Origin: Takakia lepidozioides
Lineage: Eukaryota; Plantae; Bryophyta
Direction of reading: 5' to 3'
DNA: 64,000 nt
Assembly: GCA_030704615.1 (NCBI GenBank)
Contig: CM060731.1
Location: 64,790,001-64,854,000, forward strand
Shown: positions 1 to 11,959 of the stretch, one piece after another
Layout: the number at the start of each line of letters is the position of its first letter
How positions within the stretch are numbered: the stretch's first letter is position 1
Made by a program: the position numbers and the translations under genes
Notes under the pieces: model-generated
What the model saw: only the letters and a program-made list of their open reading frames with translations
The model's database searches: none
Told to the model about the DNA's origin: nothing

Positions 1-165
1 AATATAATCAAGAAGTGCGAAACAGGAAGAGCTGCAGGCACTTGGTATTCTTTGACTCGAGAGGCGTTTCTGGAGTACATGTATGCGATAAGCCCGAGTC
101 TGTACTCAGTTTACTTTTTGAATACATGTTTGTAGTCCCTTCGGTGCTAATAACTATTTGAATCA

Positions 166-3100
166 ATGCAGCAAGAACTGGCAGAGGCAGCTGAGAAGGG
201 AAAATCCGAATATTACCGCACTACAACAGAGGAACTAAGAACATCAAAGGGTGTGGAAGCAGCAATAAAGAAGGAGTTTGAAATGGGAAGAACCAAATTG
301 ATGTCCGCCTTCAGAAAGCAGCTTAGAATAGTAGATCCTGGACTTGGTTCTGAGTTCCTTCAGCAGATCAAATCTCACTATGACAAGCATGTGCATCCGG
401 AGATGCAGCAGGAGAAATTGCACCGGTTGGCCATATCCATGGTCGACCCACAAACAAAAATAAGGTGGCTGGAGATATGGAACTCAGATCAGACAGTAAA
501 GGACTTGAATCAGTTCCCAAAGAGCACCATACAGCCTGGCACAAAGGTGGAAGGAATCAGTGATTTGGTGTTTGATAACTGGCTCCACAAGGCTACATTT
601 TGGAGTCAAGTGTGTATTCAAATAAGCCGTTTTCTTTTCTTCAATTATGTGATGAATACCTTATTTGCAATACTGACAAATATACAATTTGCAGCTCGAA
701 AAGCGCGCCGTCATTGTGCTGGAACAGACTTTGAAGGACTTGAACATTTCGATTGTTTCCCCTCCCCAAATGTCATTGGAGGCATACATAAGGAAGTGGA
801 GAGGTCTCACCTGGAGATACTGTTTTTTCCGGGAGTTCTCCAAAGATGGTAACATTTTACGGTCCAACGACTTTGACAGTCAGGTTGGAGGAGAGTGGGC
901 CATGATGCGAGTTGTATACAGGTGCAATATCATACTGGAAACTCTACTGCATTTTTTGGGAAATAATTTGGCTTCATAAGGATTGTAATCATAGATCCAA
1001 ATTGAATGTCGTTGACGACATTCACTTATTTGTCTGAGTCATTCTTAAGCGAGAATTTGAATTCACCTGGATTAGGAGCTTAGGGGTAATTATAGTGTCC
1101 CTGATTAGAATTGATAATGTCCCTGAATGGCGTTGACGACATTCACATCCAGAGTTGTTGAGAGGTCCTTAGAGTTATGTACGTTTTTGTAATGTCCATA
1201 GATTTTACAGTGAGGGTTCCTCACTTCAGTTTGCTGAATGTTAATGCAGACAATCAGTTGTTTTGCATTGCTTTTGCCTCTTGTGAGAAATCTTGAGGCT
1301 TGATTAGTTGTGTTATCAGAGATCCGGGGTCAATGTCGTTGACGACATTCACTTCTATGTCTATGTCATTCACCAGCGACAATTTGAATTTATATGGATT
1401 GGGAGCTAATTAAATGGTTCCTTGTTGGTAATTTTGTGAATGGCGTTGACGCCATTCACATCCACTGTTATTATGAGGTCCTCAGTGTTATGTTCGTTAT
1501 GAATGTCAATTGGAAACTAGTTTTTGGGGAGGGTTCCTTAGTTGACTTTCTGTTTTCCATCAAATGATTTTGCCTTTTTTGGCTTGATTAGCAGTGTATT
1601 CACAAATCCAAAGTGAATGTCGTTGACGACATTCACTTCTATGTCTGTGTCAATCCAAAGCGAGAGTTTGCATTCACGTGGATTAGGGTGTTTTTACAGT
1701 ATCATTGAATGGAATGTTTTGAATGGCGTTGACAACATTCACATCCGGAGCAGTCGTGTGGTCCTGAAAGGTCCTTGGAGCAGTTCTCAGAGCCATTTCA
1801 TTCTATGTTTTTTTTCATTCTGTGCTACTTGTATCTTACTCACTTCGCGCTTTGGTGGGTTGGGATTTATCTTCTGTTTAACAAGTACACGAAATATGTG
1901 CTTATGGAAGGAAATCAGCTGAGCGGTATTCCAGACTATCTTGACATGTGGTCGGACCCTGCAAACGATCCAACCATGTATACTGCAGGGATATTGAAGG
2001 ACTGGAGTCCTTCTCACTTCAGAGACTGTGGCTAGTACCTTGACTGCCCACCGGAGCACACGACCTTTCAAGAACAACATATGAAATATTTGAACAATAA
2101 TGTTGAGATGCTGGCGCCTCTGACTGACAAAGAGTACTAAAGAAACATAGCAACATTGGCTGCCAAGGAGCCTAATGCTCAGGGAACGCCGCAGAAGGGA
2201 AAGAAGGCGGGCCGCAAACCAAAAGAGAAGGCTCTTGATGTCATAGCCATCTCACCAGCAAAGCCAAAGGACAAAGACAAGTCCAAAGAGAAGGAAAATG
2301 ACAAGGGGAAGGAGAAAGAAAAGGAGATGGAGAGTGGGCAGGACTTCACTGCTGGAAGATATACCCGCACAGTTCAGTGCGTGTTCGATGCCAAGCCACA
2401 CCCTTCCCGTTCTGATTCGGCAGGAGAGATTAAAATTGACAATGAGGGTTGGCTGGCGATGATGCAGAGTCGAAAGAGAGGATACACTGGGGTGCCTTCG
2501 CCTACCTGAGACAACATAATCTCATTCCTCAATCTGGTGAGAATTCCAGTTTCTTTCCTTTTTCTCTGAAAGTTTCATTGGCAGTATTTCAGTCTGGTTC
2601 TTTGAAAACATTCTTGCCATCGTTCTTATAAAAAACATGTATGTTGCAGGTGAGCACAGGTCCCACCTTCGTGTGCGGTGTGCAGAAAACATATGCGGCT
2701 GACATTGTCATTTTCGACATCCCGGATGGCCAGGCTGTGCCAGAAGTTCTTCCAAAGGGCAAGACGCCAGGCTGGAACAAATTCGAGGACAACTACTGGA
2801 GTTGGGTGTTCGGGTTCTGTAATAATTTCCTCTCTGATGCAAGGACACTTCTGCTTTTTCAGTCATGTGACAATGATAGTCGTCGGGCATTGGCATCATA
2901 CCTCAAGTCTTCAGGGTTTGAAGTTTTGCACACATGGAATTGTGTGAACGGCCTCTACCTTGTGAAAGGGGGTTTCCCTGGTCAGCTGGTATGTCGTCTC
3001 CCTTCTGCTTGTGCTTTCATGATGAGTTTCAATGTTCTCTGCAGCTCTACTCTAGTAGAATTTGTCATGATCGACACCTATCATCACCGATTCGTGATAA

Positions 3101-4096
3101 AAATGATTGTTTTGTGCCTGAGTTTTGAATAGCCTATGTACACACTTCCACTATAGATTGTGTTTACCACACTAACCTGCTATCTTTGGCAGACGAGGAT
3201 GTTCGAGGCGATCTGCCTGCGGAGGATTCGCACCTCCAAGACACCATCCTCCATCCGCAGCTTTGAGATTTCTGACCAGGGTTGTTTCGTCAACCCCCCC
3301 TATGAGCCGCATGTCAATGACATTTTGTACAACTTCATGCAGTCCAGTCAGACCCTGAAGAGACCACATGGCACTCCTTGGAGAGATGCAAAGGAAAAAT
3401 CCCCAACGTTCATGCAAATACTGTTGGAGTCATGCAGCCACCACTCTGCACGGGTGGTCGATCTTTCTATGTCCACAGGTTCGTTCTCTCCTTTCCGAAT
3501 TGATTTTCTTTCACTAGTTCCATTTGCTTAAATCCCCCCTACCAAACTGTTCATGTCCTCCTGTCTGGTGCAGGAGCAACTTACCATGCATGCAAGGCAG
3601 GCGGAAGAAGCCTTTTTGGCATGGAGGGTGATTCTGACCTCTACAACACAGTGCTCCTCCCCTTTTGTCTGGCTCCACTTCAGGCACACAGACTGATCGG
3701 ATTCAAATTCGAAATGATGACGATCCCGAAGATAAGCAGGTCGAAAACGACTTTTCATGTGAGTAAGTGCTAAACCCACTTTGGGAGTCATACTCAATTT
3801 CTCAATAACATGAAAGTTACAGTAATAACTTTTTCAGGCTGTCTTTCAGGAAAAGCAGCGGTGGATCTTCAGGACATACAGTCATTTGTGGCGAGTCTGT
3901 TTTCGACAGCCCCCTTTCCAATTTTCTGCTTCCTGGTTATGCCGAAGCAATGGCACTTCACGCGGCCGAGTCCCTATCCCCTGAATTTTTACTGCCCGGC
4001 CGTAGGTGTAGCCAGCGTAGATCCGGAGTTCTTAAATACTTAGACTTAGATGCAGAGGAAGTGGGGATACATTGTACTGACTCTGAGTCAGACTGA
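166..4096 (+). pseudogene. Multi-exon gene (5' end probably outside the window) with a C-terminal beta-class N4/N6 DNA amino-methyltransferase-like domain; has in-frame stops
   Basis: GT-AG introns 2537-2649, 2989-3192 and 3479-3573 join exons in frame. They give ADIVIFDIPDG (DPPY-like motif IV position), then EKSPTFMQILLESCSHHSARVVDLSMSTG|ATYHACKAGGRSLFGMEGDSDLY, matching the motif X-I-II pattern QKPxxLxxxLI..S..GDxVLDPFxGSGTTxxAAxxxGRxxIGxE. Stops at ~2033, ~2138 and 2507. Confidence 0.6.
1003..1743. repeat. Six ~24-bp palindromes (GTGAATGTCGT-TG-ACGACATTCAC consensus) in a degenerate ~300-bp tandem unit
   Basis: Copies near 1004, 1125, 1332, 1436, 1613 and 1721, alternating gaatgtcg/gaatggcg variants. 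Flanking sequence is also repeated. Confidence 0.85.
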
Positions 4097-4599
4097 ACTA
4101 TGTTCTTTTACTATTCTGTTTCTTCCTCTTTGGAAAACGTTGAATCCCCTTCCTCCACCGTAGTTGTTCCTTTGGAAAGAAAAATAATAAAAGAATCAAC
4201 TACCATTTAAATTGCAATATGTATGAATCCATCTCACAAACCTCCCTCACTCTTGTCATATCCATTGTGCTTTCATCTACAATGTATTCATGCGTGCTCC
4301 ATTCATGAATGTTTTCCTTTGTTCAACATCCATTGTGCATTCATCCTCTGTACTCTTTAATCCACCTGACAAACCTTCCACACTCATGTCATATACGTTG
4401 TGCATTCGTCTAAAGTTTTAGTCATGCATCTTCCTGTCATGAATGTTTGTCATTGCTCAACATCCATTATACATTCATCCATTTGACTCTTATCCATCCC
4501 TCATTCATCCATCTACATTCATTTTTCACACTCATCCATCTGTTTATCATCCAACTGTACATTCATCCATCATTTATTCAATGCCTTTTATTATGTCGT

Positions 4600-4786
4600 C
4601 CAGCTTGTTTCCGCGGTAAATGGTGCCAATCCGCGGGAATACACTCCACTTCTTTCTGGGCGCGTGGTGACGCGGTCTTCAAGTGTGATGACGTGGAGTG
4701 AGCCCCGTGATGTGGCATTGGCGCAAGGTGACGTGGCGTGAGCGCAATTGCGCTCACGCGACCAGGCTCACGCTGAGGCATCCCTG
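4600..4786. mobile_element. Right terminus of a DNA transposon (ends ...ggctcacgctgaggcatccctg)
   Basis: Same terminal motif as the right end of the TSD-bounded element 9451-11043 (...gactcacgcggaggcattccctg). Clustered gctcacgc/gcgtgagc subterminal motifs. Confidence 0.55.
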
Positions 4787-4794
4787 CTCCACGT

Positions 4795-6641
4795 TCGCGC
4801 ACTTTTTAGCCATGTGCCCGGGCTCCCCGGAATTAAAACACACTCCATCGAAGGTCGCCTTCTGTCCGCCATAAAGCCGCCGCACCTGCTTTTCCTTTCG
4901 GAGCACTGGGTGCCGCCTTGATGAGAGAAGGACCTCCCTTCGATTTCCACGAGCCATTATCGCCGCGTGGCTTATCCCACTTCTTTTCCGGTCGAAATGA
5001 GTCACCCTCCCGCCGGGTCTTCTTGTGGTTCAGCTCTGTACGGCCTTGTCTTTCGCCCCTAGGGACATCCGAGAAGCATTCAGCCCTCTCAATTGCCTCG
5101 TTCAAAGTCTTAGGTGGCTTCTCCTCCAACTTCCGCCTGGCCCATAGGGCCAGTCCCGTCACAAAGTTGAAGACCATTTCTGGTTCTGCCATGTCCGCGA
5201 CTTCGAGCAATAGCACATTGAAAGCCTGAACATATCCCCGAATGTCGTCCGTTTGCTTCAAATTCCTCAGCTTGTCCCGTGCGAGCCAGGACGCGTTGAG
5301 GGGCACAAACTGTCTCTTCATCAGTTCCTTGAATCCACTCCAGTTCAAGGTTTCCGGGTTTGGACCTCGGTCGTGAAGGCGTTTCTGCCACCATTGTTGA
5401 GCATAGCCCCTCAAATAGGTGGGAGCCACTTCCACCCGATCCTCGTCACTCAACTTGGTCGCCCGGAAGTACTGCTCTAGCTCCAAGAGCCAGGTGTTGA
5501 GTACCTTCCGATTTCGGACGCCCTCGAAGGTGCCGGGTTCCTTAGGCTTCACCTTAAACTTTGCCTTAGCAGAAGTGACATTAGCCGCCTTCAACACGTC
5601 TTTCAACGTCCCGCCAAACTGCGCCAACAACCCTTCCCAAAAGGCTGCTGGCATGGGAGGCATCTGTTGGTCTGTCGGAGCTCTTAGGGATTCCTTGGGC
5701 TCCGACTCCTCAGATTCCTCCCGTTCTTGAGTGGCCTCGTTTTCAAAAGCCTGCATCGCTTCCTCAAATGGCCGCTTCGGTGACACGTCGTCCCTATCGG
5801 GCTCACCAGGATCATCACATTTTGGGCCGTTCCGCTTTTGTTTTGGCTTGCCCGACCCCATGATGAGGCCGATCCCAAGGACGATCGCATACTGAACTCT
5901 AAGTTCTGATACCAAGTGTCGCGCACCTCACTTCGGTAAGCTCCCCTTCAAGTCATAGTTACTCGCTTTGATGCGCGCGCCTAACTCCCGACCTGGCCGC
6001 CGGGCCAACTCGGAGCTTCGGCTGCTCACCGGGACATAACGGTCCCCCTTTACTCTTCCAAGAAACCCTCCACCAATTTGGGCCTAGTGGAAATTCCCTT
6101 TGGTGGATGGCAGTCCGGAATAGCTCCCCACTCCTTGGTCGCTTTCCGGCTCGCTCGTTTACTCACTAGTTTTTTTGGTCACCAACGGGCTTGCACCGTT
6201 CTCGGGGTTACTACTCCCTATATATACTTCTGTGACTGTCCGCGGGGGTTTCACAAACAACCATGCCATTTTATGGCGAACCACCACGAAGACCCTCAAT
6301 TCCCGGTGATGAGTCGCGGTGAGTCTTGGCCCACCCACCATGGCCCCATTGGACCGTGGTGAGTCCCAAGACTCCCCACGACTCCCACCACAAGGTCTTC
6401 GCCCCATGGTGAGTCCTATGCCACCCCCACTAAGTCCCACTAAGCTACCACCACCCCTTGTGGAGCCACCCCACCGCAACCCGGTGTGCGGGGCTCCACC
6501 TAGTGAGCGCCTCCGCCTCCTGAGTGCCTTGGGCACTTAAGGGTGCTTCAGCCCCCCGTACCTATTGCTGCCACCGCCCCCACCACAGGGGCAGCCCCTC
6601 TGCGTCCCAACCCCCTGCCCTCAAGGCAAAGGGCCGCGACA
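4795..6641 (-). mobile_element. Truncated Ty3/gypsy chromovirus copy (5' LTR, PBS, gag only), same family as 44851-51806
   Basis: LTR 5917-6641 (TG..CA). PBS TGGTATCAGAAC on the minus strand at ~5903-5914. Gag ORF 4833-5915 is near-identical to 45736ff, with a frameshifted CFNSGEPGH zinc knuckle. It breaks off before the protease. Confidence 0.92.
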
Positions 6642-7445
6642 GCTTAACTTTTTTTTTCACCTCTTCTTCACAAACAAACCCTATATAAGCATTCATGATG
6701 ACCATCTGATTTTTTCTTCACCTCTTCTTCAATAACAGAATCCTAAACAAGTTTCACAAGGATAGCTCAATGTTTTTTTTTTACCTCTTCTTCACAAAGA
6801 CACCCTAAATAAGCAATCACAATGACCATGTGTTTTTTTTTCACCTCATCTTCAATAACACAAACCTGAACAAGCTCCACAATAAACCACTCATTTTGTT
6901 ACACGTCTTCTTCACAAACAAAGCCTAAATAAGCTTGAAGATGACCATCTGTTTAATTTTCACCTCATCTACATTAACAAAAACCATTGTATGTTTCACA
7001 ATGAGGGGTCATATTTTGGGGCCTGTTCTTGCCCATCCTCATTATTTTTAGCCTTTCCTTCAATATTTCATCCATCCATCATCCATCCACCATGGATGAA
7101 ATACTGGAAACGTCAGATAGCTTGACAATGAGCATCCAAACTTTCTTGCCTCTTGTTCATGCAAGAATCCCTAAGTAAGATTCATGATGATTCACCCAAC
7201 CCTTTTTTTTCACCTCTTCTTCAATAAGAAAACCTCAATAAGTTTCACAATGACCATTCTATTCTTTCTATACCTCTTTTTTCAAGCGCTGTAACTGCTT
7301 CCACGACAATAGGACCCTCTCTAAACAGAGGACTCGGGTATGGGGTCTGCTTCTTCCTCCACTAAACCCCTGGGCTCACGCTTAGAGGGCAAAGCGTGAG
7401 CCGAGCTCCTGGGCTCACGCGGCTAGGCTCACGCCGTAGCTGCAC
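6642..7445. repeat. TE-like segment with degenerate ~60-bp tandem units (ttcacctcttcttca...) ending in gctcacgc-rich terminal motifs
   Basis: Repeated 'tttttcacctcttcttca' units at 6650-7280. The 7370-7445 end resembles the reverse complement of the left end of 9451-11043. Confidence 0.5.
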
Positions 7446-7449
7446 TCTC

Positions 7450-8480
7450 ATCATTCTTATCACTTTTGCAGTATCATCCGACCTGCCAGCTGCAACATGT
7501 ATGTTTGATAGCAACACATAAGTCCAGGCATCCTGTTCATCCTACTTGAGGATAGATGTTGCCGCACGTTCAGCCATCTCCACATTGCCATGGATTATGC
7601 AGGCACCAAGCAAAGCCTTCCACACCACAACATCTTGGATTGATTGGCATTTTATTCATCAGGTCCACTACCTCATCCTGTTGTCCCGCACGTCCAAGAA
7701 GGTCCACCATGCAGCCAAAGTGCTTTACTGTCAGAGTGACACCATGATCTCGACTCAGGGAATCGAAGTAGCGTCTTCCTTCATTGAGTAGGCCAGTGTG
7801 GCTGCATGCAGAGAGAACACATATAAAGGTGATACTGTCCGGCTTCAAGCCGTTCTTTTCCATTCCTTCAAATAGTTGGAGGACCTCCGTATGACAACCA
7901 TGTTGGGCATATCCTGCGATCGCATTCCATGACACCACATTTCGTTCAGCCATATTGTCAAATACTCCCTTTGCATCCTCAATGCATGTGCATTTTGCAT
8001 ACATGTCCATCAGGGCAGTGTCCAGAATGACATGTGGTACAATTCCAGCTTTGATGATGTCACCATGGACCTCTTTCCCCTTTGCTAGGGCTGCCAGGCT
8101 TGCACAAGCATTACAAACGCACACAAACGTGATGTGGTGGCACTTCACCCCTTCCCCCATCATTTGCTCATGGGTTTCCAAGGCCTCCGTCCCACACCCC
8201 TGCTGTGCAAATCCTACAAGCATCGCGATCTACGACACCAAATCTCGTTCAGCCATATTCTTGAAAACTCCCTTCGCATCCTTGGCGTGAATCCACTTTG
8301 GATAATGTAAATGTACACCTCAGCTTCCAGACCTTTCATCTTGATGCATTTAAGCAAGATACAGACACACGTATCTAAATCTGTTGAAATGCCTCCTACA
8401 TTTGGCATACATGTCCATGAGGGTATTGTTCAGAATGACATCTGGTACAATTCCAGCTTTCGCAATGCAACCATGCACCT
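7450..8480 (-). pseudogene. PLS-class PPR pseudogene (P-L-S-P2-L2-S2-E remnants)
   Basis: ORF 7570-8223 contains MYAKC, VVSWNA, SACSHTGL and GCMVDLLGRAG. There are frameshifts in E1 and a scrambled 5' part. Confidence 0.9.
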
Positions 8481-8659
8481 CTTATCCAATTGATCTCTAG
8501 AAAGCTTCTGGATGCTAGTAGCTTCTGATGATTTGAGCAGTAGAAGTTCAGCTTGCTAGGATCACCTGGTTTGTCCACGCGTTATCACCTATGAGAACTT
8601 CCTGGGAAAGCCCATCGAGCACCTATTCTGCTAAAGAAGTTTTATTTGAAGTTTATCTC

Positions 8660-9407
8660 GGGTAGATGCAGGGTAAGGTGGACCAAAATTGGCGTCACCG
8701 GCACAGTTTTCAGCGACTATTATGCATGATATCATGAAATTGCTTTGAATAGAATCAATAATGTGGATAAACATTTTCCATTCAAGATTCCTAACTTCAA
8801 TATCTACCTACATCAACCATCAAATTGTCAATCAAATAAAATATCCAAGAGATATGGACTTTTGAACACGACAACTGTAGACTGTTACTGTTGCAAATGG
8901 AAATACATGGACTCAAAATAAGCCATTGTGCCTTTGGTGTATTGCTTTGAACTTTTGAGGTAAGAGGACAAATTTAAATAACACTCTAGATTTCAATTTA
9001 AAATGACAATATCAGCTGTCATTTACTATATGTGGACTAGTATGAGTGTTATATATAGGTGGATTTGTTCTAGTTTAGTACATCTCGTGTTTTGGGCATT
9101 TGAGGTGTCATATTTTACTACAAAGGATATAAAAATATAATCTACAATGGCTTGGTTGTATATGGACAAATCGATGTAAATTCTTATTTTTGATATATCA
9201 AATCTTCTTCAAATTAAAGACTAAAATTTATAGTAAAAATTATCTTTCATGTTTGGAGTAAGACCCTTTACTAAAAATGTTAAATATACCATTATCTATC
9301 ATCATTTGAAATTATTTGGGGAAATATCATCAATTTTAAATTTGGTCATGGACTTCCATGGAAGACAACATCTGCCGTTTTTGGTCCACCTTACTCTGCA
9401 ACTACCC
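8660..9407. mobile_element. MITE with 29-bp TIRs (GGGTAG[A/T]TGCAG[G/A]GTAAGGTGGACCAAAA) and a 4-bp TSD TCTC
   Basis: TIRs at both ends differ at two positions. tctc at 8656-8659 and 9408-9411. AT-rich non-coding interior. Confidence 0.85.
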
Positions 9408-9450
9408 TCTCACACTTACAAGGAGACGTTCAGACACATGAGCAAACGAG

Positions 9451-11043
9451 CAACGACGCAACGGCGTGAGCGTATGCTCACACAATGCTGACGTGGCGTG
9501 AGCGTACGGTCACACCGACGTGGTGTGGGTAGGCTGACGTGGCGCTAGAACAGCCATCGCCACGTCATCCGAAAGATATGACGCCTATAGCCGAGGGCCT
9601 ATAACCGTGGGATTCGTTCATCAAAACAAGAAATCGGAAAATCACAAATGACAAACTAGAAATGAAATGACAAACCATTCGCATCCATTTGATGTCTTCG
9701 AGCAAGAATCCACCTTCTTAAAGCAGGAATCCACCGCGACGCGTCTTCTTGAAAGGGATTGAAAACATAGCAGAAATGGTGTACTTCGAAGCACACCGTT
9801 TGTGCCCCATCCAAAAGGCTTTTTTTGAGGTCTTTTCAGACAGCAACTGAAAGCATGGAGGGTACTTGAAATGGATTGCATACATAGCAGAAATGGTGTG
9901 CTTCGAAGCACACCGTTTCTGCCCCATCCAAAAGGCTTTTTTTGAGGTCTCCTCAGACAACAACAGAAAGCATGGAGGGTACTTAAAAGGGATTGAATAC
10001 ATAGCAGAAATAGTGTGCTTTGAAGCACACCGTTTTTTTTTCTTTTTCTTTTTCTTTTTCCCCTGGTTGATTGGACCCAAAACAGTGTGCGGCGCCGTAC
10101 ACCCTTTCTGCCCATTGAAAAAGACCAAATTCGGGACCCCTCCATGAGCTTGATAGGGTCCCTAATTCGGTGTTTTTTTTTTCAGTGGGCAGAAAGGGAG
10201 TGCGGTGCTGCACACTGTTTTTGGGTCGCGATTTCGGTGTTTGCCAGTGGGCAAAAAAGGTGTACGGCGCCGCACACTGTTTTTCCAGCCAAAAAAAAAA
10301 AACCTTTCTTTTTTTGTTTTCCCTTGGTTGGTTGGACCCCAAAACAGTGTGCGACGCCAGACACTGGTTTGGGGTCCCGAATTCGGTGTTTTTCAGTGGG
10401 CAGAAAGGGTGTGTGGCGCCGCACACTGTTTTTCCAACCAGCCAGGGGGAAAAAAAATAAAAAAAAAATAAAATGTCTATAGTCTATAATGTCTTCTCAT
10501 TGCACTGGGCTCGGTGAGATCTCGACTTCGGTGTGGATGGAAGGCAGTGGGGTTCGGTTGCTATTGAAAGAAGGGTTGGGTATTATGTTCTTCTATTTAT
10601 GAACCATGGTGAAAGAAAGGTGCATTTCTTCTTATCCACAATTTGTTGTCCAACATTCAATCATTATCATTCATCCACAAGGTTTCCCCCATATTCATCC
10701 ATATTCTGAGCGTGTCATCTACATTGATTCTCCTTGAACATCCTCATTAATTCATCCACAACCATTTTTCTATATTCGGTCTCAAACACAATCATTCAGT
10801 AATATTCATTCGAACCCTTTGTTCTGGACTTCTTCTCATCGCCCAATATGGTTCCCTATGTGCCGAATGCTCAAGTCCGCAGCTATAAGGCCCTTTCACG
10901 CTGTTCTGTCCACGGTTATAGGTCCATGCCTATGAGAATGACGTGGCGTGAACTACGCTGACGAGAACCAACGTGCCGTGAGCCTGGTTGCGCTCACGCG
11001 CTTAGACGGTCACGTGACCAGACTCACGCGGAGGCATTCCCTG
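9451..11043. mobile_element. Non-autonomous DNA transposon with an 8-bp TSD (CAAACGAG), imperfect TIRs and internal tandem/inverted repeats
   Basis: caaacgag at 9443-9450 and 11044-11051. Both ends read CA...gcgtgag. A ~118-bp tandem repeat at 9753-10035 and inverted cagtgtgcggcgcc units at 10080-10430. Confidence 0.7.
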
Positions 11044-11109
11044 CAAACGAGCTATGATAAAATCCACCGAGACAGTTCAAGAGCAGTGGCAACATACGGA
11101 GAGTTCAGA

Positions 11110-11830
11110 ATGACATCTGCTACAATTGCACAAACATTGCAATCACATACAAATGTGATGTGATTGGGCTTCAGCCTTCCCCCATCATTTGATCATAGGT
11201 CTCCAAAGCCACCATCCCACGTCCCTGCTGTGCATACCTTGCAAACATCGCGTGCCATGACATCACATATTGTTCAGCCATAATGTTGAAAACTCCTTTC
11301 GCATCCTTGGCGTGATCCACTTTGGATAATGTAAGTGTGCACCTGCTTTCCAGCTTCCAGACCTTTCATCTTGATGCACTTAAGCAAGAGACAGACGACC
11401 ATATCTAATCAATCTGCTGAAATGTCTCCCACATTTGGCATACATGTCCATTAGGGCAGTGTTTAGAATGATTTGTGGTACAATTCCAGCTTTGATGATG
11501 TCACCATGGACCTCTTTGCCATTTTCTAGGGCTGCCAGGCTTGCACAAGCATTACAAATGGACACAAACGCGATGTGGTGGCACTTCACCCCTTCCCCCA
11601 TCATTTGCTCATAGGTTTCCAAGGCCTCCATCCCGCGCCCTTGCTGTGCAGATCCTGCAAGCTTCGCATTCCACGACACCAAATCTCGTTCAGCCATATT
11701 GTTGAACACTCCCACCGCATCCTCAATGCTCCCACATTTGGCATATATGTCCACGAGGGTATTGTTCAAAATCACATATGGTACAATTCCAAATTTGGTG
11801 ATGCAACCATGCACCTCTTTGCCCTATACA
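11110..11830 (-). pseudogene. Scrambled PLS-PPR pseudogene fragment
   Basis: ORF 11380-11814 (IYAKCGSIEDA, LVSWNA, CNACASLAALENGK) joined to displaced N-terminal L-motif sequence. Confidence 0.88.
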
Positions 11831-11959
11831 TACATCCTTGCCTTGCTGCTATCAGCTGACAATGATAGCCTAGATTTGTTCCAGGAAACACCCAACTCAA
11901 GTTATTACACTAGTTCCTATGCTCAATTGCATCTGCCACTCTCTGTAATCCAACAGGCA

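Noticed and set aside
1003-1743. CRISPR-like array of palindromic repeats
   Set aside because: Spacers are 85-185 bp and themselves repeated, there are no cas genes, and the context is eukaryotic.
9642-10482. Overlapping ORFs on both strands
   Set aside because: They derive from low-complexity tandem and inverted repeats inside a non-autonomous transposon.
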